Shown: positions 36,644-47,114 of the stretch, in pieces | Layout: every line of letters starts with the position of its first letter | Numbering within the stretch: position 1 is the stretch's first letter | Assembly: GCA_949297445.1 (NCBI GenBank) | Contig: CASFSS010000006.1 | Location: forward strand, 31,228 to 95,227 | Length of the DNA stretch: 64,000 nucleotides | From: an uncultured bacterium | GTDB taxonomy: Bacteria; Bacillota_I; Bacilli_A; RFN20; CAG-826 | Direction: 5' to 3' | Translations under genes and position numbers: made by a program | Notes under the pieces: model-generated | Seen by the model: the letters and a program-made list of their open reading frames with translations, nothing else | Databases searched by the model: none | What the model was told of the DNA's origin: nothing

Positions 36644-36823
36644 ATGAAACACGCTTTATCTTATAAAGAAAAGAATCAACTCGTCGTTGGCGAAGCCATT
36701 ACCTTGACAACGGTGATGGCCATTTGTGCGATTGCCGTCATGGCCGTCGTTTTATATCGCTTATTTTTATCGAATGAGGGTTCGACAACCATACCTGGTG
36801 GATGGAAATTCTCTTGGGAATAA
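36644..36823 (+). CDS. small single-pass membrane protein (59 aa), hypothetical
   Basis: Not in the ORF track. Strong AAAGGGGGGTGA ribosome-binding site 5 nt upstream of the ATG. Sequence MKHALSYKEKNQLVVGEAITLTTVMAICAIAVMAVVLYRLFLSNEGSTTIPGGWKFSWE has one clear TM helix. It overlaps the radC start by 22 nt. Confidence 0.6.
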   Translation: MKHALSYKEKNQLVVGEAITLTTVMAICAIAVMAVVLYRLFLSNEGSTTIPGGWKFSWE

Positions 36824-37503
36824 AAATAAAAGATTTACCAAAAGAAATAAGGCCAAGAGAAAAAGCCTTGCGTATCGGCGTCGATAAACTAAGCGACGAA
36901 GAACTATTAGCGATAATTGTCGCTTCCGGCATCAAAAATCATTCGGCTAAAGACATTGCCCGCGAACTAATTGATCAACAGTTGGATATTGCTAATCTAC
37001 CTTCAATTACTATGCCTAAATTGCTCATTATTCCGGGCATTTCGCGTTACAAGGCGTTATTGCTCATGGCTATTTTCGAACTATATCGTCGTCTAGATGC
37101 CAAGAAAGAATCAACGATACTGATCAATCCGCAAGATGTATATAATCGATACAAAAAATACGGATTAGCCGACAAAGAAAAATGTCTTTTAATCGGTGTG
37201 AGCTCTAAAAGAATGCTGCTTTTTGAACAGACGATATATATCGGAACTAGTGAGGGTATTTTGTTTTCGCCTAAAGAAATAATTCGTGATGTTTTGCTAA
37301 ATAATGGTCGGCATTTTATCGTGATACATAATCATCCAGACGGTCAGCTATTTCCTAGTCAAGACGATATTGTCGCGACGGCGATATTGGCAAAAGAAGC
37401 GCGTAAATTTGATTTAGAATTACTTGATCACATCATCATTACAAAAGATGGCTATTTTTCCTTTCAAGAAGCTGATTTTTTGAAAAATAATAAGAATTTA
37501 TAA
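36802..37503 (+). CDS. radC: RadC-like JAB-domain protein
   Basis: N-terminal IKDLPKEIRPREKAL, the HhH-like LSDEELLAII, and the JAMM motif HNHPDG. Confidence 0.9.
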   Translation: MEILLGIKIKDLPKEIRPREKALRIGVDKLSDEELLAIIVASGIKNHSAKDIARELIDQQLDIANLPSITMPKLLIIPGISRYKALLLMAIFELYRRLDAKKESTILINPQDVYNRYKKYGLADKEKCLLIGVSSKRMLLFEQTIYIGTSEGILFSPKEIIRDVLLNNGRHFIVIHNHPDGQLFPSQDDIVATAILAKEARKFDLELLDHIIITKDGYFSFQEADFLKNNKNL

Positions 37504-37539
37504 AAAAAGATTGCAAATATTTATTGTTTTATTAAAATA

Positions 37540-37640
37540 ATAAACGTTGTAGACCTCACCCCTACAACCGCCTAGAAGAGGTTCCTAACATCCTATGATG
37601 ACCTCAATAGCGAGTCATTAGTGAGAAAAAGGAGGTTCGT
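37540..37640 (+). promoter_or_regulatory. structured 5' leader of the rplU-prp-rpmA operon (L21-leader-like)
   Basis: Two hairpins: GTTGTAG-N9-CTACAAC (37546-37568) and TGATGAC-N11-GTCATTA. They lie directly upstream of the AGGAGG ribosome-binding site of rplU, where Firmicutes carry the L21 leader. The consensus was not verified. Confidence 0.45.
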
Positions 37641-37645
37641 TTATT

Positions 37646-37954
37646 ATGTACGCAATTATTGAAACTGGCGGTAAGCAAGTTCGCGTTGAAGTAGGACAAA
37701 AGATTTTTGTTGAACGATTAAATGTCGAAGAAAATCAAGAATATACTTTTGACAAAGTTCTACTTTTAGCCGATGACAAAGTCAAAGTCGGCAACCCATA
37801 TGTGAAAGGTTCAACTGTTGTTGCGAAAGTGGTGAAAAATGGTTTGAATCGCAAGATTCGCATCTATAAATATAAAGCAAAAGCCAATTATCGTCGCACA
37901 ATCGGCCATCGTCAACCTTACACTTGTCTAGTCATTGAAAAAATTAATGCTTAA
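37646..37954 (+). CDS. rplU: 50S ribosomal protein L21
   Basis: [19 protein letters not shown]-terminus. 102 aa. Confidence 0.97.
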   Translation: MYAIIETGGKQVRVEVGQKIFVERLNVEENQEYTFDKVLLLADDKVKVGNPYVKGSTVVAKVVKNGLNRKIRIYKYKAKANYRRTIGHRQPYTCLVIEKINA

Positions 37955-38259
37955 TGATTGAAATTAAATATCGCCTTATTGACGGAAAATTAAAATTCCA
38001 AGTTAAAGGACATAGCGAGTCCGCTCCAAAAGGCAAAGACCTCGTCTGTGCGGCCGTCAGTGCCATTACCATCGGCGGATTAAATGCCTTGGTAGGTGAC
38101 TATGAAGTGATAATGCAAAACGGACTTATTGATGTCGCTGGTAAAACTCCGTTAATAGAAGATGACAAAAAAACAATGCAAGTTATCATTAGACAACTTG
38201 AAACGGTGGCAGAAAAATATCCAGCCTTCGTTAGGCTAGATATAGAAAGGATGGAATAA
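37954..38259 (+). CDS. prp: ribosomal-processing cysteine protease Prp (YsxB)
   Basis: 101 aa between rplU and rpmA. Candidate catalytic His (KGHSE) and Cys (DLVCAAVS). Confidence 0.88.
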   Translation: MIEIKYRLIDGKLKFQVKGHSESAPKGKDLVCAAVSAITIGGLNALVGDYEVIMQNGLIDVAGKTPLIEDDKKTMQVIIRQLETVAEKYPAFVRLDIERME

Positions 38260-38261
38260 CA

Positions 38262-38543
38262 ATGCGCTTTACTCTAAATTTACAATTATTCGCCTCTAAA
38301 AAAGGCGTTGGTTCAACCAAAAACGGCCGTGATAGTATTGCAAAACGTTTGGGGATTAAACTTCACGATGGGCAAAAATGCCACGCCGGTGCTATCATTT
38401 ATCGTCAAAGAGGCACCAAAATGCTCTCTGGCAACAACACCAAAGTCGGTGGCGATGATACTATTTTTGCTTTAATCGACGGTGTCGTTCGTTACGAACG
38501 TGTTGGCCGTAATCGCACACGTGTTAGCGTTTACGAAAAATAA
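38262..38543 (+). CDS. rpmA: 50S ribosomal protein L27 with an N-terminal propeptide
   Basis: [25 protein letters not shown]. This is the Prp cleavage-type motif followed by the conserved L27 N-terminus. Confidence 0.97.
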   Translation: MRFTLNLQLFASKKGVGSTKNGRDSIAKRLGIKLHDGQKCHAGAIIYRQRGTKMLSGNNTKVGGDDTIFALIDGVVRYERVGRNRTRVSVYEK

Positions 38544-38558
38544 CTTTTCTTTGAATTA

Positions 38559-38590
38559 GAAGCGATGTTTATGCATCGCTTTTTTTATTT
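38559..38590 (+). terminator. intrinsic terminator after rpmA
   Basis: AGCGATG-TTTATG-CATCGCT followed by TTTTTTTATTTTT. Confidence 0.85.
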
Positions 38591-38613
38591 TTGTCAAATG
38601 CTATAATACTTAT

Positions 38614-39576
38614 ATGGAAAAATTATCTTTAGTGGTGGCAATGTATAACGAGGAAGCGATGGCTTCATATTTTTTAGAGGTCCTATCGGCCACTCTCGAT
38701 GAGATTAGCGATTTTGAAAAAGAAATTATTATCGTCAACGATGGCTCAAGCGATAAAACCCTAGAAATTTTACGCGCCGCTCAACAAAAATATAAGGATT
38801 TAAAAATCGTTTCTTTATCTAGAAATTTTGGTCATGAAGCGGCTATTGCTGCAGGATTAAACATCGCTAGCGGCGATGCCATTATTCCTCTCGATGGTGA
38901 CTTACAAGATCCGCCTTATCTAATTCCATTGATGCTTGAAAAATATCGAGAAGGTTACGATGTCGTCAATGCAAAAAGAGCGAAAAGAAAAGGCGATACT
39001 TTATTTAAGAAATGGACCGCTTCGGCATTTTATAAACTAATTGATTCATTGTCTGGCAAGGTAAAAGTTCCGCAAAACGTTGGACATTATCGTTTAATAT
39101 CGCGGCGCGTTTTAAACGAAGTAATAAAATTAAATGATTATGTACGTGTTTTTCGCGTCGAGGTACCATTTGTCGGTTTCAAGACTTGTGAAATAACTTT
39201 TGAACGCGGAAATCGAACATTGGGTAAAACACACTATAATATCAAAGCGATGACTGATTTAGCCGTGGATGCCATCGTTTCAACTTCAATTGAGCCATTA
39301 AAACTTATCACTAATTGGACAATTGGTTTTGCGATTGTTTTTCTACTTAGTGTCGTAGCGTTAATTATCACTTTTAGCGTTGATGTATCGCTAGAATATC
39401 ATCTAATTGCGACGCCTTATTATGTGCTTTGGCTCGCCTTAGAAATCGTGTATTTATTATTCATAATAATCATGATTGCTTTAAGCATTATGTCGCAATA
39501 TCTTGGACGAACTTATCTCGAAGCACAAAAGCGTCCATTTTATGTCATTGATAAAATATTTGAAAATAAGAAATAA
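38614..39576 (+). CDS. family 2 glycosyltransferase, GtrB/polyprenyl-phosphate glycosyltransferase-like, with two C-terminal TM helices
   Basis: LSLVVAMYNEE, VNDGSSD and DGDLQDP (DXD) motifs, and a hydrophobic C-terminus. No Shine-Dalgarno sequence; a TGCTATAAT box ends 6 nt before the ATG. Confidence 0.85.
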   Translation: MEKLSLVVAMYNEEAMASYFLEVLSATLDEISDFEKEIIIVNDGSSDKTLEILRAAQQKYKDLKIVSLSRNFGHEAAIAAGLNIASGDAIIPLDGDLQDPPYLIPLMLEKYREGYDVVNAKRAKRKGDTLFKKWTASAFYKLIDSLSGKVKVPQNVGHYRLISRRVLNEVIKLNDYVRVFRVEVPFVGFKTCEITFERGNRTLGKTHYNIKAMTDLAVDAIVSTSIEPLKLITNWTIGFAIVFLLSVVALIITFSVDVSLEYHLIATPYYVLWLALEIVYLLFIIIMIALSIMSQYLGRTYLEAQKRPFYVIDKIFENKK

Positions 39577-39579
39577 GCT

Positions 39580-40851
39580 ATGTTTATTGATCGAGCGGTA
39601 ATTGAAGTAAGAGCAGGCAAAGGTGGCAATGGAATGATTTCCTTTTTGCGGGAGAAATACGTTTCAAAAGGCGGCCCAAGCGGTGGTAATGGCGGTCATG
39701 GTGCATCTATTATTTTAAAAGCGAGCAAAAGCATCAATAATCTGTTGCCGTTTCGTCACGGCAAAGCCTTTATCGGTAAAGACGGCGAAGATGGTATGAC
39801 GAAAAACCGCTACGGAAAAGGCCAAGATGATTTAGTGATTTTAGTCCCAGTTGGTACGCTGGTTTATGATGAAAAAGACCATACATTACTCGCTGACTTA
39901 GCCAAAGATGGCGATGAAATCATTGCCGCTAAAGGTGGACGCGGTGGACGCGGTAACGCTTCCTTTAAAAGTGCCACTAATCGCGTTCCAAAAGTTGCTG
40001 AAAATGGTTTTGAAGGTGAAAAGAAACGCTTAATTTTAGAATTGAAATTACTCGCTGATGTCGGCCTTATCGGACTTCCAAACGCTGGAAAATCGACCTT
40101 CCTAGGCACAATCAGCAACGCTAATCCAAAAGTCGCTCCATATCCATTTACAACCAAAGAACCATATTTAGGAGTTGTCCAAGTCAACAAATATGATTCC
40201 TTTGTTGTGGCCGATTTGCCCGGTCTAATCAAAGATGCCCATCTTGGCAAAGGATTAGGATTTGTATTCTTACGCCATGTTGAGCGATGCAAAATATTGC
40301 TCCATATGGTTGATATGTCAGCCATCGATCCCGTTTCTAACTACTGCATGATTCAAAACGAATTAAAACAATACGGTCATTTGCTAGACGAAAAAATACA
40401 AATTATTGCCGCGACTAAGATGGATGAAGAAACTAGTGAAAAAAATCTAGTTGAATTTAAAAAGAAAGTTAAAAATGTTCCTATTTATCCTATTTCTTCA
40501 TTGACACGAGACGGGATACAAGAACTTTTAAATAAACTCGATGAGTTGGTTCAAAAAACTCCGATGCCGACATTTGAATATGAAAATGTTTCTGAACGGA
40601 AAATTTACGATGCTTATCAGCAAGAAAAAGAGAATCTGCGAATTGCTCATCCAAAAGATCACCTTTTTGTCATAGAAGGTGAAAGCATTATTTCCATTTA
40701 TCGTCGCACCAATATGTCAACCGATGAAGGAGTACTTAAATTTTTGCATTACCTTGATAAAATAGGCATCGATGACATGTTAAAAAAAGCTGGTGCCGTC
40801 GACGGTGATACAGTCATAATTGACGATTTTGAATTTGAATATTTTGAATAA
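39580..40851 (+). CDS. obg: GTPase Obg/CgtA
   Basis: MFIDRAVIEVRAGKGGNG, the glycine-rich Obg fold, the G-domain GLPNAGKST, and a C-terminal OCT domain. Confidence 0.96.
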   Translation: MFIDRAVIEVRAGKGGNGMISFLREKYVSKGGPSGGNGGHGASIILKASKSINNLLPFRHGKAFIGKDGEDGMTKNRYGKGQDDLVILVPVGTLVYDEKDHTLLADLAKDGDEIIAAKGGRGGRGNASFKSATNRVPKVAENGFEGEKKRLILELKLLADVGLIGLPNAGKSTFLGTISNANPKVAPYPFTTKEPYLGVVQVNKYDSFVVADLPGLIKDAHLGKGLGFVFLRHVERCKILLHMVDMSAIDPVSNYCMIQNELKQYGHLLDEKIQIIAATKMDEETSEKNLVEFKKKVKNVPIYPISSLTRDGIQELLNKLDELVQKTPMPTFEYENVSERKIYDAYQQEKENLRIAHPKDHLFVIEGESIISIYRRTNMSTDEGVLKFLHYLDKIGIDDMLKKAGAVDGDTVIIDDFEFEYFE

Positions 40852-40913
40852 ATGTAAGTTAGACTAAACAATTGGCATAATTTTTAATAATATTAAATAA
40901 GGCTGGTTTCAAA

Positions 40914-41474
40914 ATGTATTATTATTTCAAAGGACAAATAAACGAGTTACATAAAGATTATTTAATAATCGAGGTTGATAATATTGGTTATCAAGTTTTT
41001 ATCTCGCGCCCCGACGAATATCAAATTGGCGAATATCGAAAGCTTTATATTTATAATGTCGTAAGAGAAGACGAACAATATTTGGCCGGCTTCCCTTCTT
41101 TGGCCGAAAGGCAAGCTTTTGTTTCCCTTATTAAGGTAAAAGGCATTGGACCAAGAACCGCTTTGAGCGCTTTATCAATGACAAATGGTGAACAATTGTT
41201 CCAGGCGATTGCTTCAAATAATGTTTCTTATTTAAAGAAATTACCAGGCATTGGGGCAAAAGCTGCCTCACAAATCATTTTGGATTTAAAAGGCGAGTTG
41301 AGTGGGGTCGATTCTAAAGCCAATCCCAAACAATATGATGAGGTACGTTTGGCTTTAAAACAATTAGGCTTCCGCATTAAAGAAATAGATGATGTATTGG
41401 CAGGTATTAATATACCAAACGCTACCAACGAGCAAATTTTGAAAGAAGCTCTCAAACGATTAGGTAAAAAATAA
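40914..41474 (+). CDS. ruvA: Holliday junction DNA helicase RuvA
   Basis: [10 protein letters not shown]-fold N-terminus and the HhH motifs VKGIGPRTA and LPGIGAKAA. Confidence 0.93.
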   Translation: MYYYFKGQINELHKDYLIIEVDNIGYQVFISRPDEYQIGEYRKLYIYNVVREDEQYLAGFPSLAERQAFVSLIKVKGIGPRTALSALSMTNGEQLFQAIASNNVSYLKKLPGIGAKAASQIILDLKGELSGVDSKANPKQYDEVRLALKQLGFRIKEIDDVLAGINIPNATNEQILKEALKRLGKK

Positions 41475-42484
41475 TGTCTAGAATTGTCGATGCTAAAAAA
41501 ATAAAAGGCGAGGAAGAAGAAGAGATTTCTTTACGGCCAAAGAAAATCAGCGAATATGTCGGCCAAAAAGAAATTATCGATAATTTAAAAATATTTATCG
41601 GCGCCGCCAAACATCGGGGCGAGAGTTTAGATCATGTTTTATTATATGGCCCACCGGGATTAGGCAAAACGACACTCGCTTATGTCATCGCTAACGAGAT
41701 GAATTCTGCCATTAAAGTCGTCAATGGTCCCTCAATTGAAAGAACTGGCGATTTGGCGTCTTTACTATCAACAATTGAACCCGGCGATGTGCTATTTATC
41801 GATGAAATTCATCGCTTACCGCGGGTCGTAGAAGAAGTTTTATACGGTGCGATGGAAGATTTTAAACTATCCATTTTGATTAATCGTGGCGGTTCATCAT
41901 CATCATTAAACATCGATTTACCGCCCTTTACTTTGGTGGGAGCTACCACGAGAGCAGGCGATTTAAGTTCGCCACTTCGGGCTCGTTTTGGCATCGTTGC
42001 AAAAATGAATTATTACACCGAAGACGAGATAGCTAAAATTATTCGGCGTAGCGCCAAAGTTTTTCATACACCTATCAGCGAAGAAGCTGTTCAACTAATT
42101 GCTAAACGGAGTCGCGGTACACCTAGAATAGCCAATCGTTTATTAAAACGAGTGCGTGATTTTGCCAATTTTGCTGGCAAGAATAACATCGATGAAGAAG
42201 ATGCTTTAAAGGCGCTATCAGCGCTCAAAGTCGATACGATTGGACTAGACGATGTCGACATTAAATATTTAAAAACGATTGTTGAGCGTTTTCATGGCGG
42301 TCCAGTAGGCTTAGAAACGCTGGCGAGCAGCATCGGCGAAGAAGTCATGAATCTCGAAGATATTTATGAACCGTACTTATTGCAGATTGGTATGATAAAT
42401 CGTACACCGCGAGGAAGAATTGTTACCGAAAAAGCTTATGCTCATTTAGAAAAGTATCATTCAGAGCCTTTATTTAAGTTCTAA
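41474..42484 (+). CDS. ruvB: Holliday junction DNA helicase RuvB
   Basis: [12 protein letters not shown], Walker [12 protein letters not shown], Walker B FIDEIHRL, and [11 protein letters not shown]. Confidence 0.97.
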   Translation: MSRIVDAKKIKGEEEEEISLRPKKISEYVGQKEIIDNLKIFIGAAKHRGESLDHVLLYGPPGLGKTTLAYVIANEMNSAIKVVNGPSIERTGDLASLLSTIEPGDVLFIDEIHRLPRVVEEVLYGAMEDFKLSILINRGGSSSSLNIDLPPFTLVGATTRAGDLSSPLRARFGIVAKMNYYTEDEIAKIIRRSAKVFHTPISEEAVQLIAKRSRGTPRIANRLLKRVRDFANFAGKNNIDEEDALKALSALKVDTIGLDDVDIKYLKTIVERFHGGPVGLETLASSIGEEVMNLEDIYEPYLLQIGMINRTPRGRIVTEKAYAHLEKYHSEPLFKF

Positions 42485-42607
42485 TCAGTAATTTTTCCTT
42501 TTTCCCACCTCAATTTATTGTTGTCAAACAATTCAAAAAGTAGTATCTTATTTAAGCAAATGTAAATTTGAAAAATTTAAACTAAAAACGAAAAGTAGGA
42601 ATATATT

Positions 42608-45199
42608 ATGCGTCGATTAATTGCTTATCTCACTCTATGTCTATCCATTCTATTGATGGTTGGTGTTTCATTTTCTCCCGCTCTATCCATGCTTAATAGC
42701 GATATGAACTACTCAAATGGCTACGAGGTTGTCTATCAACTAACCGATTGGGAAAATTCCGCTACCGACTTAGAAACTGATGAAAGTGCCGCTCAAAGCG
42801 TTGCTAATGAAATGGCAATTCGTTTAAATAATTACGATGTTGATTCCTACGAAATCGAAGTGGAAGGTAACGACATTGTTCGCGTTACATTCGCCACGAT
42901 TCCTAACGCGACTGTCCGTGCCAATATTGAACAATATTTAGCGTTTTCGGGCGACGATTTTTCTTTAGCGACCGAAAATGAAGAAACTCGTTTAACGCAA
43001 GACCAAATTTTTGAGGACAGTGTTGCTTATATTGAATATAACGGCGTCGTTCCTTATGTTATTATTCCGGTTTCTAATAGTAGTTTGATTAATACAATGC
43101 TCGAAACATTCAATACATCGAACGATGATACGAGTGACGATTCATCGGAAGAAGAGGCAACTGCCGATATTTTCCTTTGGGCCAACTGGGTCGAAGGTGA
43201 CGATTATGAAAAGGCTCAAAACGACGAATATACAAGTGCTAAAATTATCGCAAGTTTTAACCACGAAAATTTATGGTATCCCGATAGCGATGAAGCAGAA
43301 ACGGAAATTCAATATCTTTGTGGTTATGCCGATTCGGAAGGAAATTACGATGTTAGCCGAATTGAAGAGGCCAACAATTTAGCGGTTCGCGTATGTAATT
43401 TCTTTAATGCTTCAAAATATGAATATGAAGTTACTTTGCTTTACGAAATAACCGTTCCTGCACAAGTTGAAACCTTGGTCAATTACGGTGCTGAACGAAC
43501 TTTGGCAATGTCCTTGACTTTGATAGCGACGATTGTAGCCATGTGTGTCGTTTCATTAATTTTGACTTTATTCTACCGCTTAAATGCTCTAGCAATTATT
43601 TCTAATACTGCCGGCACGACATTTTTGACGATGGTTCTCTTTGTTTACCTTGGTTCCACATTTAATGTGGCGGCATTGGTGGCGATATTGACATTAGGCA
43701 TCGCATCGATAGCGACAAACATTATTTATTGTAACGCTTATAAAGAAGAAATTTATAAGGGACGTGCTAGCAAAAAGGCTTATCAAGAGGCCATGAAAAA
43801 AATTACCATGCCAACAATCGATTTAGCGGTGATTTTTGCATTCGCTGGTTTGATGTGTTATTTTGCCGGTGGCAACATTTTAATGGGTGCTGGTGTAATT
43901 TTCTTCTTTGGTGCTCTCTTCTTATTGGCTATGAATTTATTGGTATTCCGTCTAATGATGTATTTTGTTAGCAACGCGAACAATCTGCAAAATAAATACA
44001 AAGTATTTGCAATCGAGGAAAAGATGGTTCCCGATTTGAGTAAGGAAGAAAAACCAACTTACGAGGCTCCATACGAAAAGCGCGATTTTACCAAACATAA
44101 AAAGCCAATCGGAATCGTTGCAAGCGTCCTCTTTTTAGCCTCCGTCATCGGCATCGCCGTCTTTGGCTCTCTTAATGGTGGATTAATTTATAATTCATCT
44201 ACCTATACTGCTTATAATACGCAAGTTTATGTTGTTTTGACGAGCGATGTATTGCCGACGCCGACAATTACAGACGCCGAATATTTCGAACAAAATGTCT
44301 TACCACGCATTTATGTCAATGGCGAAGTGCTAACTTATTCAGATGTGGAACATGGTGAGCGTAGTGTTGACGATTACGATTTAGAGATTACAATCGATTA
44401 CGATTATTATGTGACATCCATTGACGGAACATTCGATGCCAATACTAAATATTCATATTTAGACGAAAACGATCAACAAGTAGAAGTGACAACCCTAGCT
44501 GAAGCTTTTGATGGTGCCGTCATGGCGATTGAGGGTGTTAGCGATGAATTCGCGACAGAAAGAATTGGCCGATTGACCGATTTAACACCAAATAACGGAT
44601 GGATTGCCTTGGCAACCTCGATGTTAGCGCTCGGTGCAACGATATACTTCTGCTTCCGCTACGGAATAAGTCGTGCCCTTTCTTCTTTACTTGTCACTGT
44701 TGGAGCGACAACAATTACAGTTGGCTTCTTCGTTTTAACACGTATCGAAACATTGCCAATCATCGGTGTAGCGATGGTGGCGGTCGCCCTTTATTCATTA
44801 ATCATCAACACCATTATTCTTCATAAAGAAAAAGAATTGCGCAATGAAAGACACGGTGAAAAGTTAACGAACGAGGAAAAACAAAGCATTTTTGTCAAGG
44901 CGATTGCTTTGGCGGCCGGTCCTGCCTTGATTGTTACCATTTTAGCGGCCTATTTGGCCATTAACTACTTTGGCATTGGTCCAGCACAATTCACATTAAT
45001 ATTTGCTGCCATCTTGTTAGGCGTAGTTTTAGCGACAATCTTCGCGTTTGTTTTGCTTGCACCAACCGCCAATCTCTTTGAAAGATTATTTAGCAAGATT
45101 ACCTTGCATACTCCAAAACGTAAAAAAGTTAAAAAGGTTCGTCCGAAATCAACTTCTAGCGAACCAGAAGAAACGATTTTTATCGGTATAAACGATTAA
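42608..45199 (+). CDS. secDF: fused protein-export membrane protein SecDF
   Basis: 863 aa with an N-terminal TM segment, a large extracytoplasmic domain and two blocks of six TM segments. Adjacent to recJ, as in Bacillus. Confidence 0.85.
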   Translation: MRRLIAYLTLCLSILLMVGVSFSPALSMLNSDMNYSNGYEVVYQLTDWENSATDLETDESAAQSVANEMAIRLNNYDVDSYEIEVEGNDIVRVTFATIPNATVRANIEQYLAFSGDDFSLATENEETRLTQDQIFEDSVAYIEYNGVVPYVIIPVSNSSLINTMLETFNTSNDDTSDDSSEEEATADIFLWANWVEGDDYEKAQNDEYTSAKIIASFNHENLWYPDSDEAETEIQYLCGYADSEGNYDVSRIEEANNLAVRVCNFFNASKYEYEVTLLYEITVPAQVETLVNYGAERTLAMSLTLIATIVAMCVVSLILTLFYRLNALAIISNTAGTTFLTMVLFVYLGSTFNVAALVAILTLGIASIATNIIYCNAYKEEIYKGRASKKAYQEAMKKITMPTIDLAVIFAFAGLMCYFAGGNILMGAGVIFFFGALFLLAMNLLVFRLMMYFVSNANNLQNKYKVFAIEEKMVPDLSKEEKPTYEAPYEKRDFTKHKKPIGIVASVLFLASVIGIAVFGSLNGGLIYNSSTYTAYNTQVYVVLTSDVLPTPTITDAEYFEQNVLPRIYVNGEVLTYSDVEHGERSVDDYDLEITIDYDYYVTSIDGTFDANTKYSYLDENDQQVEVTTLAEAFDGAVMAIEGVSDEFATERIGRLTDLTPNNGWIALATSMLALGATIYFCFRYGISRALSSLLVTVGATTITVGFFVLTRIETLPIIGVAMVAVALYSLIINTIILHKEKELRNERHGEKLTNEEKQSIFVKAIALAAGPALIVTILAAYLAINYFGIGPAQFTLIFAAILLGVVLATIFAFVLLAPTANLFERLFSKITLHTPKRKKVKKVRPKSTSSEPEETIFIGIND

Positions 45200-45202
45200 A
45201 TT

Positions 45203-45227
45203 AAAAGTGGCCAAAGCCACTTTTTTG
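45203..45227 (+). terminator. intrinsic terminator after secDF
   Basis: AAAAGTGGC-CAAA-GCCACTTTT followed by TTGTT. Confidence 0.8.
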
Positions 45228-45246
45228 TTAAATATTACTCCTTCAT

Positions 45247-46833
45247 ATGACATTTTTTGAAAAATTACTAAATTTTTATCAAATTGATGACGAAACATTG
45301 GCTAAATTGATGGCAAAACCGTCACTCGATAGTTTGCCAAAAATAGCTGATATTGATGTTTTAAATTTGTTTAATGCGAGGATTAAAAAAGCGATTGAAA
45401 GCCATGAAAAAATTTGTGTTTATGGCGATTACGATTGTGACGGAATATTAGCTAGCGCCATCTTGGTAGCAACTTTCAAAAAATTAGCCTATGACAATAT
45501 TTTCTTTTATATTCCTGATCGTTCAAAAGATGGTTACGGACTCACAAAAGAAAATGTCCAAAAGATGGGAAAGGCTAATTTTACTTTAATAATCACAGTC
45601 GATAACGGGATTAGTGCCTATGAGGCCTTAGAAGAAGCACAAAAGCTCGGCATCGATGTCTTAATAACCGACCATCACGATTTAGTTAATAAAAATAGAA
45701 CAATTGAGGCTTATGCAATCTTGCATCCATTATTTTTATCTATAGATAAATATAATTTTAGCGGCGGTTTTGTTGCTTTGCTATTAAGCGCAAAATTATT
45801 AGGCTACTATGACGATTATCTAACCGCACTAGCCGCTATAACAGTCGTTTCCGATATGATGCCTATTCTAGGTTATAACCGAGAATTAGTGAAAATTGGT
45901 ATACAACTTATTAATGAAAATCGATACTCAACAATTGTTGGATTGCTAAATGACAATAATAAAACAATCGATGAACAAGATTTTGGCAGCGAAATTGCTC
46001 CTAAAATTAACGCCATGGGGCGCTTGCTTTCCGGCAAGCCACTCCAAAAAATTGTGACTTATTTTGTCACTGACGATGTTGCAATTCAACGCAAGATTTT
46101 ATTCCAAATCAACAATGTTAATGATCAACGGAAAAAATTGACCGCTTTAGCAATCGAAAAAATTACCCCGCCAAATAAAGACGATAAAGCAATCGTAATA
46201 TATGATCAAATCGAAGAAGGCTTGCTTGGCTTAATTGCCAATCGCCTTTTGCATACATATAATCTGCCAGTTGCCGTCTTCACAGACGATAAAATCGATA
46301 GTTCAAGCTTAAAGGCCTCCATAAGAACGGCCGACGGCCTCGATTTAGGTGACTTTTTTACAAAAAACAGCGATATTTTTCTTCGCTATGGTGGTCACGA
46401 TAAAGCTGCTGGCTTAGCAATAAATCGCGATGATATAAATGTTTTTAAAGAACGTTTTTCTACTTACGCTAAGGAACATCCTTTTGCCACAAATAACGAT
46501 AAATATATCGAAATTGATTTACGCGATATTTCTTATGAAAATTATCAAATCGTTAAACAATTTAAACCGTTTGGTATCGATTTTGTTGAACCAACTTTTC
46601 TAATTAAAAATATTATGACTGAGAGGCTAACTTATTCTAAAGATGAACGCCATTTGATAACACAGCTTTCAAGCAAAAGTAAATTGCTTGGTTTTGCCTG
46701 CTCAAAAGAAAAAATATCTATGTATCAATCGATAGACGTTGTGGGAAAATTTCGTCTAGCCATCTATAAGATGAGCGAAACGGTGGAATTTAATATAATG
46801 CAAATTTTTAATAACAAACAAAAGATTTTATAA
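45247..46833 (+). CDS. recJ: single-stranded-DNA-specific exonuclease RecJ (short form)
   Basis: DHH family motifs VYGDYDCDG, ITVDNG and ITDHH, plus the DHHA1 motif GGHDKAAG. Confidence 0.9.
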   Translation: MTFFEKLLNFYQIDDETLAKLMAKPSLDSLPKIADIDVLNLFNARIKKAIESHEKICVYGDYDCDGILASAILVATFKKLAYDNIFFYIPDRSKDGYGLTKENVQKMGKANFTLIITVDNGISAYEALEEAQKLGIDVLITDHHDLVNKNRTIEAYAILHPLFLSIDKYNFSGGFVALLLSAKLLGYYDDYLTALAAITVVSDMMPILGYNRELVKIGIQLINENRYSTIVGLLNDNNKTIDEQDFGSEIAPKINAMGRLLSGKPLQKIVTYFVTDDVAIQRKILFQINNVNDQRKKLTALAIEKITPPNKDDKAIVIYDQIEEGLLGLIANRLLHTYNLPVAVFTDDKIDSSSLKASIRTADGLDLGDFFTKNSDIFLRYGGHDKAAGLAINRDDINVFKERFSTYAKEHPFATNNDKYIEIDLRDISYENYQIVKQFKPFGIDFVEPTFLIKNIMTERLTYSKDERHLITQLSSKSKLLGFACSKEKISMYQSIDVVGKFRLAIYKMSETVEFNIMQIFNNKQKIL

Positions 46834-47114
46834 TGTAACTATTGCGCGCAAATACACACGTGCGTAAATTAATCGCTTGCGCTAACTTTAAGAAGTTGTT
46901 AATATAATTATGGTAATTAGATTATGCTCTTTGATAGAACATCGTCAGAAGCAATAAATAACTCTACGAGCGATAAACTCGCCATTTGATTTTTAATCAA
47001 GTCGTTTTTTGTTTTTTTATTTTGGTATTAACATCGTATGACGATTATTAAAAAATAATTAATATAGACGATGTCGATATAAATTGAGTAATAGAAGAAA
47101 GGAGCGTTTATCAA

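Noticed and set aside
39864-40325. Long antisense or alternative-frame ORFs inside conserved genes, for example 39864-40325(-) in obg, 12817-13272(-), 49328-49765(+) in htpG, 31289-31675(+), 30732-31070 and 13561-13914(-)
   Set aside because: All lie wholly within strongly supported genes on the other strand or frame. None has a ribosome-binding site, and their translations are biased (S/P/R/C-rich), as expected for shadow ORFs.
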